A stretch of 64,000 nucleotides of DNA from Octopus sinensis (GCF_006345805.1 NC_043005.1:66030001-66094000); one strand, 5' to 3'; positions 12,777 to 25,075 are shown, counted from the first letter of the stretch. Notes: generated by a model from the letters alone, not told the origin. Made by a program: numbers and translations.

Positions 12777-14054
12777 GTAAGTAATGCTTTCTTTCCACTT
12801 TTGGTATTTATTTCACTTGTTTTGAATTTGTCACAGAATTGGTCACCAACACAACCAAGTCTCTGGTTTGGTTCATGTATATTGTTTCCTTACTCAGACA
12901 TTTGAGAACTTCTACAGGGTCACTCAACATGCTAGAAACAGCACCTAAATCTCCTTTGAATCACACTCTGTCATCTTAGAAATGCATATGTTGGATAATG
13001 TAGTATCTGGTTTCCTGCACATGGATAAAAGATGAGAAAGTCATGGTTGGAATGCTATTGATCAAAAGTCTGCTAAATCAGGTATGAAATGGAGCTATGC
13101 AGGGACCATGATCTTTGTAGGGCTTCTAGTACCGGTAAGGTTAGTTAGATAGGGGTAGATAGGAAGCAGGATTCATAAGTTACTTTAGTAAGAAGTAGCA
13201 TATCAAGATTTGGCGGTATCTTCAGGCTGGAGACCTGATTGGTCCTGAATGCTTTCATTTGAATAGAGTCAACTGTAGGTGACTAAGTGCCTGTTTCTGT
13301 TCAGAATTCTTGAGTCATGGTTATAAATAATCGACTGTACAGGTGACCAGTCAATCCCTCACTTGCACGGTTCCACACAGATCTGTATTTATTATTTGTA
13401 TGTCATTATCATGTATCTTTTTACTCATGTTTCATACTCATTGCTATTTGGAAGATCAGAAGTGGCCAATTTTTCCTAACTGTGCTGATAGCTAACTCAC
13501 AGAAGTCTTTCATCCAGCCCTTTATTACTCTATGAGTAAATAAAAGCAGTAAGCTGGCAGAATCATTAGCATGTTGGGAAAAATGCTTTTTAGCTGTTTA
13601 GGTTCCATGTCTGTTTTGGCATGATTTCTACAGTTGGATGCTCTTCCTAATGCCAACCAATTTACAGAGTGTACTGGGTGCTATTACACAGCACTGGCAT
13701 GGGTTCCTTTTATGTGGCACCATCACCTACGAGCCCACAAAATTAGAGATGTTCAGCTGGAGAAGATTGCAGGGGACAAGGTTTCTTCCTCATTCTCAAG
13801 TATTAATATTGCTTGAAACATTTCAGAATTGGTCTCATATGTGAGCAGCACAGGTGTAACTTTTCAGACTGGCAAGTGACCTCTGCTTTTTGGCACAGAT
13901 GTTACATACATGATTATCCTCAACAACAGGAGCCACTTGTTGATCATCATGCACTTTGATGTGTTGTTTCAAGCCCCTACCTGATAGACAAACCTTTTTA
14001 CATCATGGCATGTGCTAGTCAGTTCTCTGTACATGGCTTCTTTTGTGACTTTCA

Positions 14055-14094
<40 letters not shown>

Positions 14095-14095
<1 letters not shown>

Positions 14096-14375
14096 GTTAA
14101 GACCCCCTTTGGTCATAAAGGCATCTAGAAAGTTACTCTCTGAGGCACAAGTTTGGGCAAGATTGTTTATGGAAGACCAGCCTCCCCTCTACATGCCACT
14201 GATGTTACCCAAGGGAAAGGCAAAGGCTGATATAGCTTGGCACCAGTGATGTCACAACTCATTTCTACAGTGTGTGGAAATGAGTTACTCAAGAACACAA
14301 CACAACACAGCCCAGTCCAGGAATCAAACTCATTACCTCATGATTGTGAGCCTGATGCTCCAACCTCTGAGCCAT
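14095..14375 (-). mobile_element. SINE family F, inverted relative to 12258-12605 (intron 4)
   Basis: Reverse complement aligns by eye with the intron-3 copy over most of its length. Confidence 0.8.
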
Positions 14376-14399
14376 ATATATACATACATATATATATAA

Positions 14400-14592
14400 A
14401 GGGAAAGTTTATGAAAATAAACAAAAGACGAAGGCAGGTGGAGTACAAACAAACAAATGTATTAGTATAGCGCTCAGGAATAGAATAAATCTTTTACGTT
14501 TCAAGCCTACGCTCTTCGACAGAAAGATACACAGAAAAAAACAAGGAGAGAAAAAAATGTGTGTAGGAGCTAACGATCTATCATGGCGTCCA
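14400..14592 (-). mobile_element. Short hammerhead-bearing non-coding repeat (family H1), between (TA)n tracts
   Basis: Homologous to 28855-29035. Confidence 0.7.
14490..14527 (-). ncRNA. Minimal hammerhead-ribozyme-like motif (H1 copy 1)
   Basis: Minus strand reads TCTTT-CTGTCGA-A-GAGC-GTAG-GCTT-GAAAC-GTA-AAAGA: stem I TCTTT/AAAGA, stem II, GAAAC, GUA triplet. Core position 6 is U rather than A. Confidence 0.55.
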
Positions 14593-15044
14593 TATATATA
14601 TATATATATATATATATATCTGATAGTCTTCCACACCTATTCTATCAGCAAAATTTCATTCACAAGGCTTTGGCCAAAGTTATGGTAGAAAATACTTGTA
14701 TAAAGGTGTTGTACAGTGGGTTCAAATGTGGAGCCTTGTGACTGGACTGGTCTAGTCTTGAGGCTGTGTTTTATGCTTGGATGTCCTTCGTCTTGCCAAC
14801 TCTTGTACTGTATTTTCCAGCATAAAAGTTGAATTATTTGAATCAAAATTTACAGCCAACAAATGCAGGTCAACTTATATACTTTGGAGGACAAATAACT
14901 TCATGTGAAGTGCAGCAGGGTTTGGCAAGACAGTAATGAGTGATGATGTTTCAATGTTTACACTACATTCTACATCATCTTGCCAGAAAATACAGTAATC
15001 ACATCTTTTAACTTGTAGGACTAAGGTGCATTTAATCTAATACA

Positions 15045-15365
15045 CATTATCATCATCATCATCATCATCATCATTTAACGTCCGTTTTCCATGCTAGCAT
15101 GGGTTGGACGGTTTGACCAGGGTCTGGGAAGCCAGGAAGCTGCACCAGGCTCCAGTCTGATCTGGCAGTGTTTCTACAGCTGGATGCCCTTCCTAACACC
15201 AACCACTCTGTGAGTATAGTGGGTGCTTTTTACGTGCCACCAGCACGGGTGCCACGATTGGTTGGTGCTTTTTACGTGCCACTGGCACACAAGCCAGTCA
15301 AGATGCCGCTGGCATTGGCCACATTCGGATGGTGCTTTTTATGTGCCACTGGCACAGGTGTCACA
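15045..15365 (-). mobile_element. Family C repeat, inverted relative to 10030-10372 (intron 4)
   Basis: Starts with (CAT)n, then TTTAACGTCCGTTTTCCATGCTAGC. Related sequence may extend to ~15530. Confidence 0.9.
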
Positions 15366-15615
15366 ACTACAATTTCCATTTGATATTTATTTTGATGTTG
15401 ATGTACTTGACTCAATAGGTCTCTTCAAGCCCAGCAGGTCACCCTACAATCCAAGGTAAGCACAGCAGGTCATTCTGCAATTCAAGGTACTTTGGATGGG
15501 CTGGGGCTGCTATGCGAAACTAATGCAATATATTTTACTGTTTCCAGTGTTCACATAATACACCATTGTAATTATCTTTCACAATTTTCACATTTCTTAT
15601 TTTTGTCATTTTCAG

Positions 15616-15716
15616 TAAACCGGCAGATAAATGACAAAGAACGAATAGCTGCTGCCATGGAAAACCCAAAACTGCGTGAATTAGTAACACAATGTGTGGA
15701 CTTTGAAAGTCTTTGA
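15616..15716 (+). CDS. CIAO2A: CIAO2A coding exon 5 ([33 protein letters not shown])
   Basis: Acceptor TTTTCAG|, ends in [18 protein letters not shown] is typical of CIAO2A rather than CIAO2B (QLADKERVAAALEN). The joined CDS is 438 nt with no internal stop. Confidence 0.97.
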
Positions 15717-16518
15717 CAGTAGATTGCTGTGGATTTTAGGAATTTCTTATTCTTTTCTTTAGACTTGTTTTATATTTGTTGCCATTGTCTTTTTGTGTTC
15801 TTGTAGCTGTTTGCTTGTGTAGAAACTCAAGGTCTGTCACTTGTAGAGCAAAATGTACAATTGATGGAATTAATACCATTGTATCAGTGGCTAATTAATT
15901 TTAATACTGCCCCTCCTTCTCTCTCAATAGGAAAAAAAAAAGGAATATATCCAGGTTAATTAAGAACTACATTGATTATGAGGAGATTTCAACAAAAAAC
16001 TGGGTGATAAACTCATTGCTAATTTTGCTAAACCACTGCCCCTTATTGTTATTGTAAGTTCCTTGACTAGAATCTAAAGCCAAGCATTTGTAAGTGGGTG
16101 GGTATACATTTATGTATATATGTGTGTGTGTGTATTATTCTGTATAAATTAATGTGAATATACAGTAGAAAATCACAACACTGCAATATTCATCATGAGA
16201 AAGTATCTCATTTATATGTATAGTACTGAAAAGTCTTGTGCTTTTTAGCACTATACATATAAATGAAATGCTTTTTAGCACTACATATCTATACAAGATG
16301 CTTTCTCAAGGCAAATACTACAGTGGCAGTGTTTTATCTTTCTGCACAGTATATCCACATTAAGTACGATATACAGATTGCTATTCTGAACTAATACTGC
16401 TTCCATTGCTAATGTACACACTCAACCTCACACATTGTATTGATTCCCCTCCCATGCTACCAAAAGTTATGGAACACAATGTGTTTCATAAGTGGAATTT
16501 GAATTTGATACCAAGCAG

Positions 16519-16524
16519 AATAAA
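16519..16524 (+). promoter_or_regulatory. Candidate polyadenylation signal AATAAA for CIAO2A (a second one at 16739-16744)
   Basis: Hexamer ~800 nt downstream of the stop. Weak evidence in AT-rich DNA. Confidence 0.3.
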
Positions 16525-18559
16525 GCTAAGTATGACTAACACATTTGCTTCATATCTACCATCTTCTTTTCTTGTCCTGCTGTCTAAATCTACACTGCAT
16601 TCCTTATTTTCAAAATATTCTTAAAAAGAATATATTTTGTGAAACCTCAGCACAAAACAAGAAAGAAATTGAATAACCAAATAAAGAACAAAACCAACAA
16701 AACAACACAAAAGCTATTTATATTAGAAGGATTAATGGAATAAATATTTAATTAATATTTAACAAAGACAAATATGTGTTAAAAGTCAGAAGTACAAGTC
16801 ATTAGAGTAAAAGTTTTCACCATCTTGTTTAATTTTCAGTCAGCCCTGATCAGGCTGAGCTATGTTAAAAGGCATTCTAGTATTGGCCGTCCCGTCTTTT
16901 CAGGCATAATTTTATATCTCAGGTTAATTATCCAGTATGTCCTTGTATTTTTATTGTTATTTTTAAAGCATGTAAGGTGCATGTGATTTGAGGGAGATGT
17001 GACTGTTGTTTTTAGTTGATTGAACAACTATGTAGAGGCTCTCTCATAAGCTCACCATATTTTAGGTTGTTTATTTTGGTGTGTGTCCTGCTACCACTGT
17101 TACAGTGTGTATTTGGCAAGCACTCTCTCTTTCTCTCTCTCTGGCTCTCTCTCACACATATGTATATATATATATGTATGTATACATGTGTTATGTGTGT
17201 GTGTGTATAGATATATATATATATGCATTTCTGCATTACATGTAGAAGTCAAAATTATGTAAATAATAATATTTATAAGTTTAAAGTTTATAAGCGATCA
17301 ATGTGTTGACTAAAAAGAATAGTCTAATATTGGGGCATTTAAGCCCTTGACAGAAAAATGTGGGTTTTTTATATGATATTTAGGTAATAGTTGACTATGA
17401 AATATCATTGCAAATGTTATATAACTTAGGCATAGGGTGATGAGGTCACAGAAATATTGGAAACCACTAACAAGCAATGTGTTCATATATAATGCTTCAC
17501 TGCCATTCTTTATCACAGTGGTATCCAACAGGTATTGTGACATCCCAGTGTATTGTAAATAATATGATGAGGATAGTCATAAGATTTTAAGTTTTAATGA
17601 CACAATTGACCTCTGCTCCTTAGAGCTGGCTGATGTTGTGTCACCTCAATTCAGGCATTTCTGACCTGCTTGTCTCTTCTCTCATCACACTCCTGCTCTA
17701 GCATCCACTCATAGGCTCTAATCTGATCACTATGTCCAGTTCACTTCCTTAGAACATTGGCCCTCTGGAAGTCCCTCCTCACTCATGTGTTTCCTGCTGG
17801 TGTTGGCTTGCAGTAGTTCCAGAGAAACATTATGGCATCAATCTCACTGGTCTTAGAGGGCCTGCAAAGGCCATGGGCACTTCTTCCTCTAGGCTAAAAA
17901 AAAATATTGATAAGGAGTCATGTACTTTAAACATAGATAAAATGACAAGGGCAAAGTAAAAATTTTAAGAAATTCTGCTTTATTGGTATAATTATTTCTT
18001 TTGGCCAAAGCATATGGCCAGTTTCTCATTTTGGTGAAGGATATAATTTATCATTTGCTTAACCCTTAAAAGCTTCTTCTGTGGAGTTGTATATCCTACA
18101 ACTCTGAGCAACTGGAATGTATAATTTACAAGTGTTAAAAGCATCAGGAACTGCTGAGTCTTTGAAATTACACATGCTACATTCTTGCCAATAACATTTG
18201 CTAATTTTAGTTGAGGTTGTCTGTGTTCCATACAGTACATCTCACTCCTCTATATTTTCATATAAGATCTAATTGACATGTTCCTAGTTAGCTTCATGGA
18301 TTATTCAATATCCTGCCTCAGGGAATGAGGTCCCCAGACAGTGCAACATGCAGTGGTCTATGTTTTATGAAGGTGTCTGATATGTTGGTCATATAGGAGA
18401 TTCACAGTATCACCGTTGATGTAGGTCAAACCCCAACATTAATCTTGATCAGCATTATTAATTGTACCAAGCTTTCCAGATACCTTTGGGCTATGAATAG
18501 ATTGGAAGGATTAAAGGCATTTTCTTTCTCTGTCAGCTAACTAATAATAATTCTTTCAT

Positions 18560-18780
18560 TTATTGGCTTCAAATGCCCTAGCTCAAAGCCAGAAATTATG
18601 GGAAGGATAAGTTGATAAAAGCATCGCTACTTGATCAGTACTTCATTTTACTTAATCCTGTAAAGATGAAAGGCAAAGTTGATCTTGGCAGAATTTGAAT
18701 GCAAAATGTTAAGAGCTAGAACAAATGTTGCAAGGCATTTTGTGCAATGCTGTAACAATTCTACCAATCTACTTCCTTAA
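18560..18780 (-). mobile_element. Old, CpG-decayed SINE family A copy (more at 7800-7980 and 19140-19600)
   Basis: GATGAAAGGCAAAGTTGATCTTGGCAGAATTTGAA versus the young consensus GATGAAAGGCAAAGTCGACCTCGGCGGAATTTGAA. Confidence 0.75.
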
Positions 18781-18787
18781 TTATAGG

Positions 18788-19110
18788 AGCACTCCGTCAG
18801 GTACGACGACGAGGGTCCCAGCTGATACGATCAACGGAACAGCCTGCTCATGAAATTAACATGCAAGTGACTGAGCAATCCACAGACATGCGTACCCCTA
18901 ATGTAGTTCTCGGGGATTCAGCATGATGCAGAGTGTGACAAGGCCGGCCCTTTGAAATACAGGTACAACTCATTTTTGCCAGCTGAGTGGACTGGAGAAG
19001 CGTGAAATAAAGTGTCTTGCTCAAGGACACTACGTGTCACCAGGAATTGAATTCAGGACTTACAATCATGAGCCGAATGCCCTAACCACTAAGCCACGCA
19101 CCTTCACGTG
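18788..19110 (-). mobile_element. tRNA-derived SINE family D
   Basis: Minus-strand head GTGAAGGTGCGTGGCTTAGTGGTTAGGGCATTCGGCTCATGATTGTAAG...GAATTCAATTCC, then TTGAGCAAGACACTTTATTTCAC. Confidence 0.8.
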
Positions 19111-19927
19111 CCTTAATTATAATAATAATAGTAACAACAATAATAATAATCCTTTCTAGTATTGGCATGAGGCTTGAAATTCAGCAGAAGAGGTTAGTCA
19201 ATTACATTGATCCCAGTATTTGGCTGGTACTTATTTTATCAACCTTAAAAGGATGAAAGGCAAAGTTGACCCCAGCAGAATTTGAACTCAGGTAGTAAAA
19301 GTGGACAAAATGCCGCTAAACATTTCATCTGGCATGCTAACTATTCTACTGCCATCTCATTGCCTGACAACGACAACAACAATAATGGTTTCAATTTTCT
19401 GTGCAAGGTTAGCAATTTTTAGAGGGAGGGGAATTAGTTGAATACATCAACCCAATACTTGACTGGTACTGTATGTTCTCAGTCCTGAAAGGATGAATGA
19501 TGTTAAAACTGGCCTCAATAGAATTTGAATTCAGGAAGTAAAGAGCCAGAGCAAGGGATTTGTTCCAACTTTATACATTTTCTAACAATGCTACCAATCC
19601 AAAATAGAAAAGATAATGAAATGCAGTAAAAGTACACATAGTATACAAAGATATGATAACATGAATGATGCAGCCCTCCTGATGCAGGAGAAAGATCAAC
19701 TAGGGCCAATCTAGGAACCTCACAGATCCAGGATTACCCTGACCACTAAAGGTATGAATCCTCTCTTTGGTTCCGATGCAGGCACATACTTAGAGTAGGG
19801 CCATAAACAAAGAAGAGAAATGCTATGGCTAACATTCTGACTAATGAGGATTTTGTTACTTGGGTATTGAATTTTGAGCTCAAATAATTACAGTAGAAAA
19901 GCCTGTGTAAGACTTCCTCTAGAGTAA

Positions 19928-20345
19928 GAAGGTGGCGAGCTGGCAGAAACGTTAGCATACTGGGCGAAATGCGTAGCCGTATTTTGTCTGCCGCTATGTT
20001 CTGAGTTCAAATTCCGCCAAGGTTGACTTTGCCTTTCATCCTTTCGGGGTTGATTAAATAAGCACCAGTTATGCACTGGGGTTGATATAATCGACTTAAT
20101 CCGTTTGTCTGTCCTTGTTTGTCCCCTCTGTGTGTAGCCCCTTGTGGGCAGTAAAGAAATAGGTATTTCGTCTGCCGCTACGTTCTGAGTTCAAATTCCG
20201 CCGAGGTCGACTTTGCCTTTCATTCTTTTGGGATCGATAAATTAAGTACCAGTTACACACTGGGGTCGATATAATCGACTTAATCCCTTTGTCTGTCCTT
20301 GTTTGTCCCTTCTATGTTTAACCCCTTGTGGGCAATGAAGAAATA
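19928..20345 (+). mobile_element. SINE family A dimer (full monomer plus 5'-truncated monomer)
   Basis: A box TGGCAGAAACGTTAG, B box GAGTTCAAATTCC. The second unit starts at GGTATTTCG (20162). Confidence 0.92.
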
Positions 20346-21886
20346 AGAAAGCAGTATTTCTGAAGCTAATCAGTATCTTGAAAGAATAAGTTACAAGGTA
20401 CAACGCAGCACAGTTCCTCTCATGGTAATACCAGTGTTTGAATGGAAGTAGATGCAGCAAAATATTGTGATTGTTATTTTGAAATTGCTCATACTACAAT
20501 ATTTCTTTCTTAACTACTATTTTCTGGCTTATAAGTTGACATATTATATAGTATAGATATTGAAACATTCTCATTCTATTTCCAAATCTTGCTATATTTC
20601 TCATGGAATTTTTGGTCTTCATGTGTAAGTTGACCTACTTTTTAGCTGTAAATTTAGGTTTGAAAACTTTGACTTGTATGCCAAAAAATATGGCATTAGA
20701 ACTCTACTATGAGAAGGTGTGGTGATACTTTGGAGTTCTGGAATATGTTTTAGTTTTTAAGGTAGAAAGGAAAACAACTTATCCTCAGATAGTAGACCTA
20801 TTTCAAATGTTTGTAAATAGAATGGATTCTGCTAAAGGCATCTGAGAGTCAGGTGGTGATGCCAAATTTGATGGCATATTAGTCAGCCACCCCAATCCAA
20901 GAACAATTTTTATGATGGGCTTCCACAAATTTTCTGTGTGCCAAGTTCCACTCACAGGACTCTTATTGACTCAAGGCTGTTGAAGATCTTAAACATGTTG
21001 CTGTCTAGGACTGAAGATGAAACCATATTGTAGGAAGCAAACCTGTTAATGACACCATCATGCTTATTCCCTGCATTAAAAACCTTGTACTCATGAAAGT
21101 TTGAATCCAGTAATGAGTACTGCTACTGCTGCTAAAACAATCTTCAGTGACACAGTACTGACACTGCCTTCATCTTGACTGTTACTGTAAAGACATGGCT
21201 TACTAAGATTTATATTTATATCTGGAATATATACTTTTTATTTACGATAGGGCATTTTGGAAAGGAAATATTGGAATATTGGAATAGAGATATTCATAAA
21301 TTTACACATATGAAGGGCAGCTCTTCTTTTAAATATTTTATAGGGAAACATAACTGCTTTCTGGTTTTTATTTTTTTCTTACCTTTTTTTTATAAATATT
21401 TCCTTATAAGTTATCTATATACTAAACATCAAATTACATAAAATTTCCAAGGTCCTTATATGTATATTTATATATCTGTGTATATATATATGTATATGTA
21501 TATACGAGTGTGTGTGTATGTCTGTCAGTCAGTCTGTCTTCTATCTGTCTGTCTATCTATCTATCTATCTGGCTATATGTACTGTTAATATTTGGATAAA
21601 GATCAAGTGAAAGCACTCTGTTCATATGGGAAATTAAAATGGTCTTTATATCAATGGAATTTTATCAAAATGGTCTTTAAATAAATGGAATTTTAGCAGC
21701 AACTCTTAAGCTTTTTAAATGGACAAAAATTATTAAGTTTGGAATAAATGAAAAATATTTTTCATGTCCACATTCATCAAGCTGCTAAAAACCAACAATG
21801 ACTTCTGGTAATTTTTAATATTTCTCTGACTGACTGACAAAAACAGACAGACAGATAGATAGATATGCACACACACACACACACAC

Positions 21887-22419
21887 ATATCAGTATACTT
21901 ATATGTATACATATATGCACCTTGGAAATTTTATGTAATTTAAAAAAATAAACGTAAGAAAAAACAAAAACCAGAAAGCAGATATGTTTCCCTATAGAAT
22001 ATTTAAAAGAAGAGCTGTCCTTCATAAATATTTATTTACACCGACTTTACCTCCTTGATTTGAAAGGAAAAAAAAATCATGGATTCTTTTAATTCAAAAG
22101 GTTTATTGAATCTATTTATATGAATCTATTTACACGTCCAATTACACTGGACAAATGCAGTGTGGCCAGAAGAAAAATTTCTGTCATAACAAGGAACACG
22201 TTTTTTTAAATATAATTTTACTTATGTCTAACGAGTCATCATTATCTTCAAGAATTTCATTTTTACCCCACTAGGGCTAATTTACCCCGGTTTGCCGATA
22301 TATGGTCTATGTAGACATACAATCACCTAACATTTTAATTAACAATCCAAGGAACTTAACCCAGCTTTCTGAAAATTTGAGTTACTGCCCCTCTCTCTCT
22401 CTTTCTCTTTCTCTCTCTT

Positions 22420-22456
<37 letters not shown>

Positions 22457-22971
22457 TATCAGTATACTTATATGTATACATATATGCACCTTGGAAATTT
22501 TATGTAATTTAAAAAAATAAACGTAAGAAAAAACAAAAACCAGAAAGCAGATATGTTTCCCTATAGAATATTTAAAAGAAGAACTGTCCTTCATAAATAT
22601 TTATTTACACCGACTTTACCTCCTTGATTTGAAAGGAAAAAAAAATCATGGATTCTTTTAATTCAAAAGGTTTATTGAATCTATTTATATGAATCTATTT
22701 ACACGTCCAATTACACTGGACAAATGCAGTGTTGCCAGAAGAAAAATTTCTGTCGTAACAAGGAACACGTTTTTTTAAATATAATTTTACTTATGTCTAA
22801 CAAGTCATCATTATCTTCAAGAATTTCATTTTTACCCCACTAGGGCTAATTTACCCCGGTTTGCCGATATATGGTCTATGTAGACATACAATCACCTAAC
22901 ATTTTAATTAACAATCCAAGGAACTTAACCCAGCTTTCTGAAAATTTGAGTTACTGCCCCTCTCTCTCTCT

Positions 22972-23028
<57 letters not shown>
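21887..23028. repeat. 569-bp near-identical tandem duplication bounded by (CA)n tracts
   Basis: ATATCAGTATACTT at 21887 and 22456. About four substitutions seen outside the microsatellites; duplicated ORFs at 22302 and 22871. Confidence 0.95.
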
Positions 23029-23104
23029 TCTTAGAAATTTACAGTCTACTGTTTTTGTTGTTTTTATAGCCTGATTAATGTGAACATGAAAAATAAATTT
23101 TATG

Positions 23105-23300
23105 GTTCGTAGTCAAACCTGTGGCAGTGGAGACCGGTGTTCTTGGTCCCTGGACCATATCCCTGCTCACTGCTATCAGGGTGGAGATGGCTGTCCGTAA
23201 GTGCAAATCCCGTGAGTCAGAGTGGCTGTTTCAGCACATCTCCCTTGCCATCCACCAGGGTAAGACATTTTCCAGTTTGTCTTCTGGGACCATGGAATGG
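23105..23300 (+). mobile_element. C-terminal relic of a CRE-like (RLE-endonuclease) non-LTR retrotransposon
   Basis: Translates PVAVETGVLGPWTISLLTAI...RESEWLFQHISLAIHQGK, resembling the CRE-clade terminus P(V/I)AVET.G..GP...LFQRIS.AI.RGN. Confidence 0.65.
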
Positions 23301-23833
23301 TCTGTCTTACAGGAAACTGTATGTTCCATTCCTTAATGTAAAATTCCTTTGGCACTTAAGCTTTGACTTTGAATTTTTTGGTTATAGAGTGTCTAAGTAT
23401 TTCTATTCTGTTTTACCATTTTCAATTATTTTTTTACTATTTTAAAAATTATTTCTGAGTTAATAAAAATATTTGCTTTATTCCAGATAGTAAATTATTT
23501 TAGTCTAGCTATCAAACTCAAGTCACTGCTAAAATTCTATCTATTTATTGCTTAAAAATCACACACACATGCAGATATGTGCATGTATATCTACACATAC
23601 ACACATACTTTATACCTATGTTAAGTGTATATATCTAAGTATAGATGTACATTTGTTGGTAATAAAAAACTAATTGTTGACTGATATTTCTTTTACTATA
23701 TATTATTTTTAAAAAACCCCCATTTTTTTCACATTTTATAAAAAAAATAATATAAATAAACTAATATAAATTAATATCTTTAATTGTTGTTGTTGTTATT
23801 TAATCTCAGTTCAACCTTGACCAAGTAGAAATA

Positions 23834-24225
23834 GAAGGCGGTGTGCTGGCAGAAACGTTAGCATGCCGGGCGAAATGCTTAGCGGTATTTCGTCTGCCGT
23901 TATGTTCTGAGTTCAAATTCCGCCGAGGTCGACTTTGCTTTTCATCCTTTCGGGGTCGATAAATTAAGTACCAGTTATGCACTGGGGTTGATGTAATCGA
24001 CTTAATCCCTTTGTCTTTCCTTGTTTGTCCTCTCTGTGTTTAGCCTCTTGTGGGTAGTATTTCATCTGCCATTACGTTCTGAGTTCAAATTCCGCCAAGG
24101 TAGACTTTGCCTTTCATCCTTTCGGGGTCGATAAATTAAGTACCAGTTACGCACTGGGGTCAATGTAATCAACTTAATCCCTTTGTTTGTCCCCTCTATG
24201 TTTAGCCCCTTGTGGACAATAAAGA
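23834..24225 (+). mobile_element. SINE family A dimer
   Basis: Same architecture as 19928-20345, with a short junction deletion. Confidence 0.9.
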
Positions 24226-24758
24226 AAAAAAAAATATGTTAATAGATGTTCTGGCCTTGACCAACTCGTTCCCTTTGGCAATGAAGAAAGTATAATTCTC
24301 ATTCTCTGTATTTCTATTTTGCTAAGGATTTTATGAAAGTTTGTACTGATATTGATGTTGTCATTTTTTATGACTGTGCCTTCTGAAGTTTGAGATAAAA
24401 GGTTCATCAGAAAATCCATATGGAAACTAGGGAGATAGTCGTGGTCCTAGAAGTTGCTGAGCACTTTCTATCATTATTTTCTTGTTCTTTTCTTCATTGG
24501 CTTGTTGATACCTGGAACTACATTATCTATTGTGTCTCTTCAGATCTAAGATTGAACTGAAGGAGATGTGACTGCTATTTCTGGCAAGTCAGCTGACTAC
24601 ATTGAGCTTCTCCCATTGCACTTTTTACTTGTAATTCATTTGGGAAGAGCTGTGTTTTGGCCATTCTTTGTGTTTAATCCCAGGCAAGCCCTTATGAAGC
24701 ACAGCTTGTGATTAAAGGCATCCCAGTCATATTTATCTGTCTTTTTTTTTTTACATAT

Positions 24759-24920
24759 AGGTGCAGGCATGGCTGTGTGGTGAGAGGCTTGTTTCCTAAC
24801 CACATGGTTCTGGGTTCAGTCCCACTGCATGGCACCTTGGGCAAGTTTATTTTCTACTATAGCCTTGGGCTGACCAAGGCCTTGTGAATGGATTTTGTAG
24901 ACAGAAACTGAAAAAAGCCA
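24759..24920 (+). mobile_element. SINE family B 5' half, consensus CpGs decayed
   Basis: GGTTCTGGGTTCAGTCCCACTGCATGGCACC versus GGTTCCGGGTTCAGTCCCACTGCGTGGCACC. Confidence 0.85.
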
Positions 24921-25071
24921 TTATTTACATTATTTACATTCGACGGATATTTGTCCTCATCTTGTTTGTCGTTAACATGTTTCGGCTGATATACCTTCCA
25001 GCCTTCTTCAGGTGTCTTGGGGAAATTTTGAACCTGGGTTCTCATTCCTAAGGTATTTTTCGATGTTGTTG

Positions 25072-25075
<4 letters not shown>
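24921..25075 (-). mobile_element. Short hammerhead-bearing repeat (family H2) next to (TTA)n
   Basis: Homologous to 40088-40279. Confidence 0.8.
24974..25016 (-). ncRNA. Hammerhead-like motif (H2 copy 1), canonical core, stem I damaged
   Basis: Minus strand reads GACAC-CTGAAGA-A-GGCTG-GAAGGTATAT-CAGCC-GAAAC-ATGTT. Confidence 0.6.

Noticed and set aside
19928-20010. tRNA genes suggested by A/B boxes here and in other SINE heads
   Set aside because: No complete cloverleaf; each continues into a SINE body and tail.
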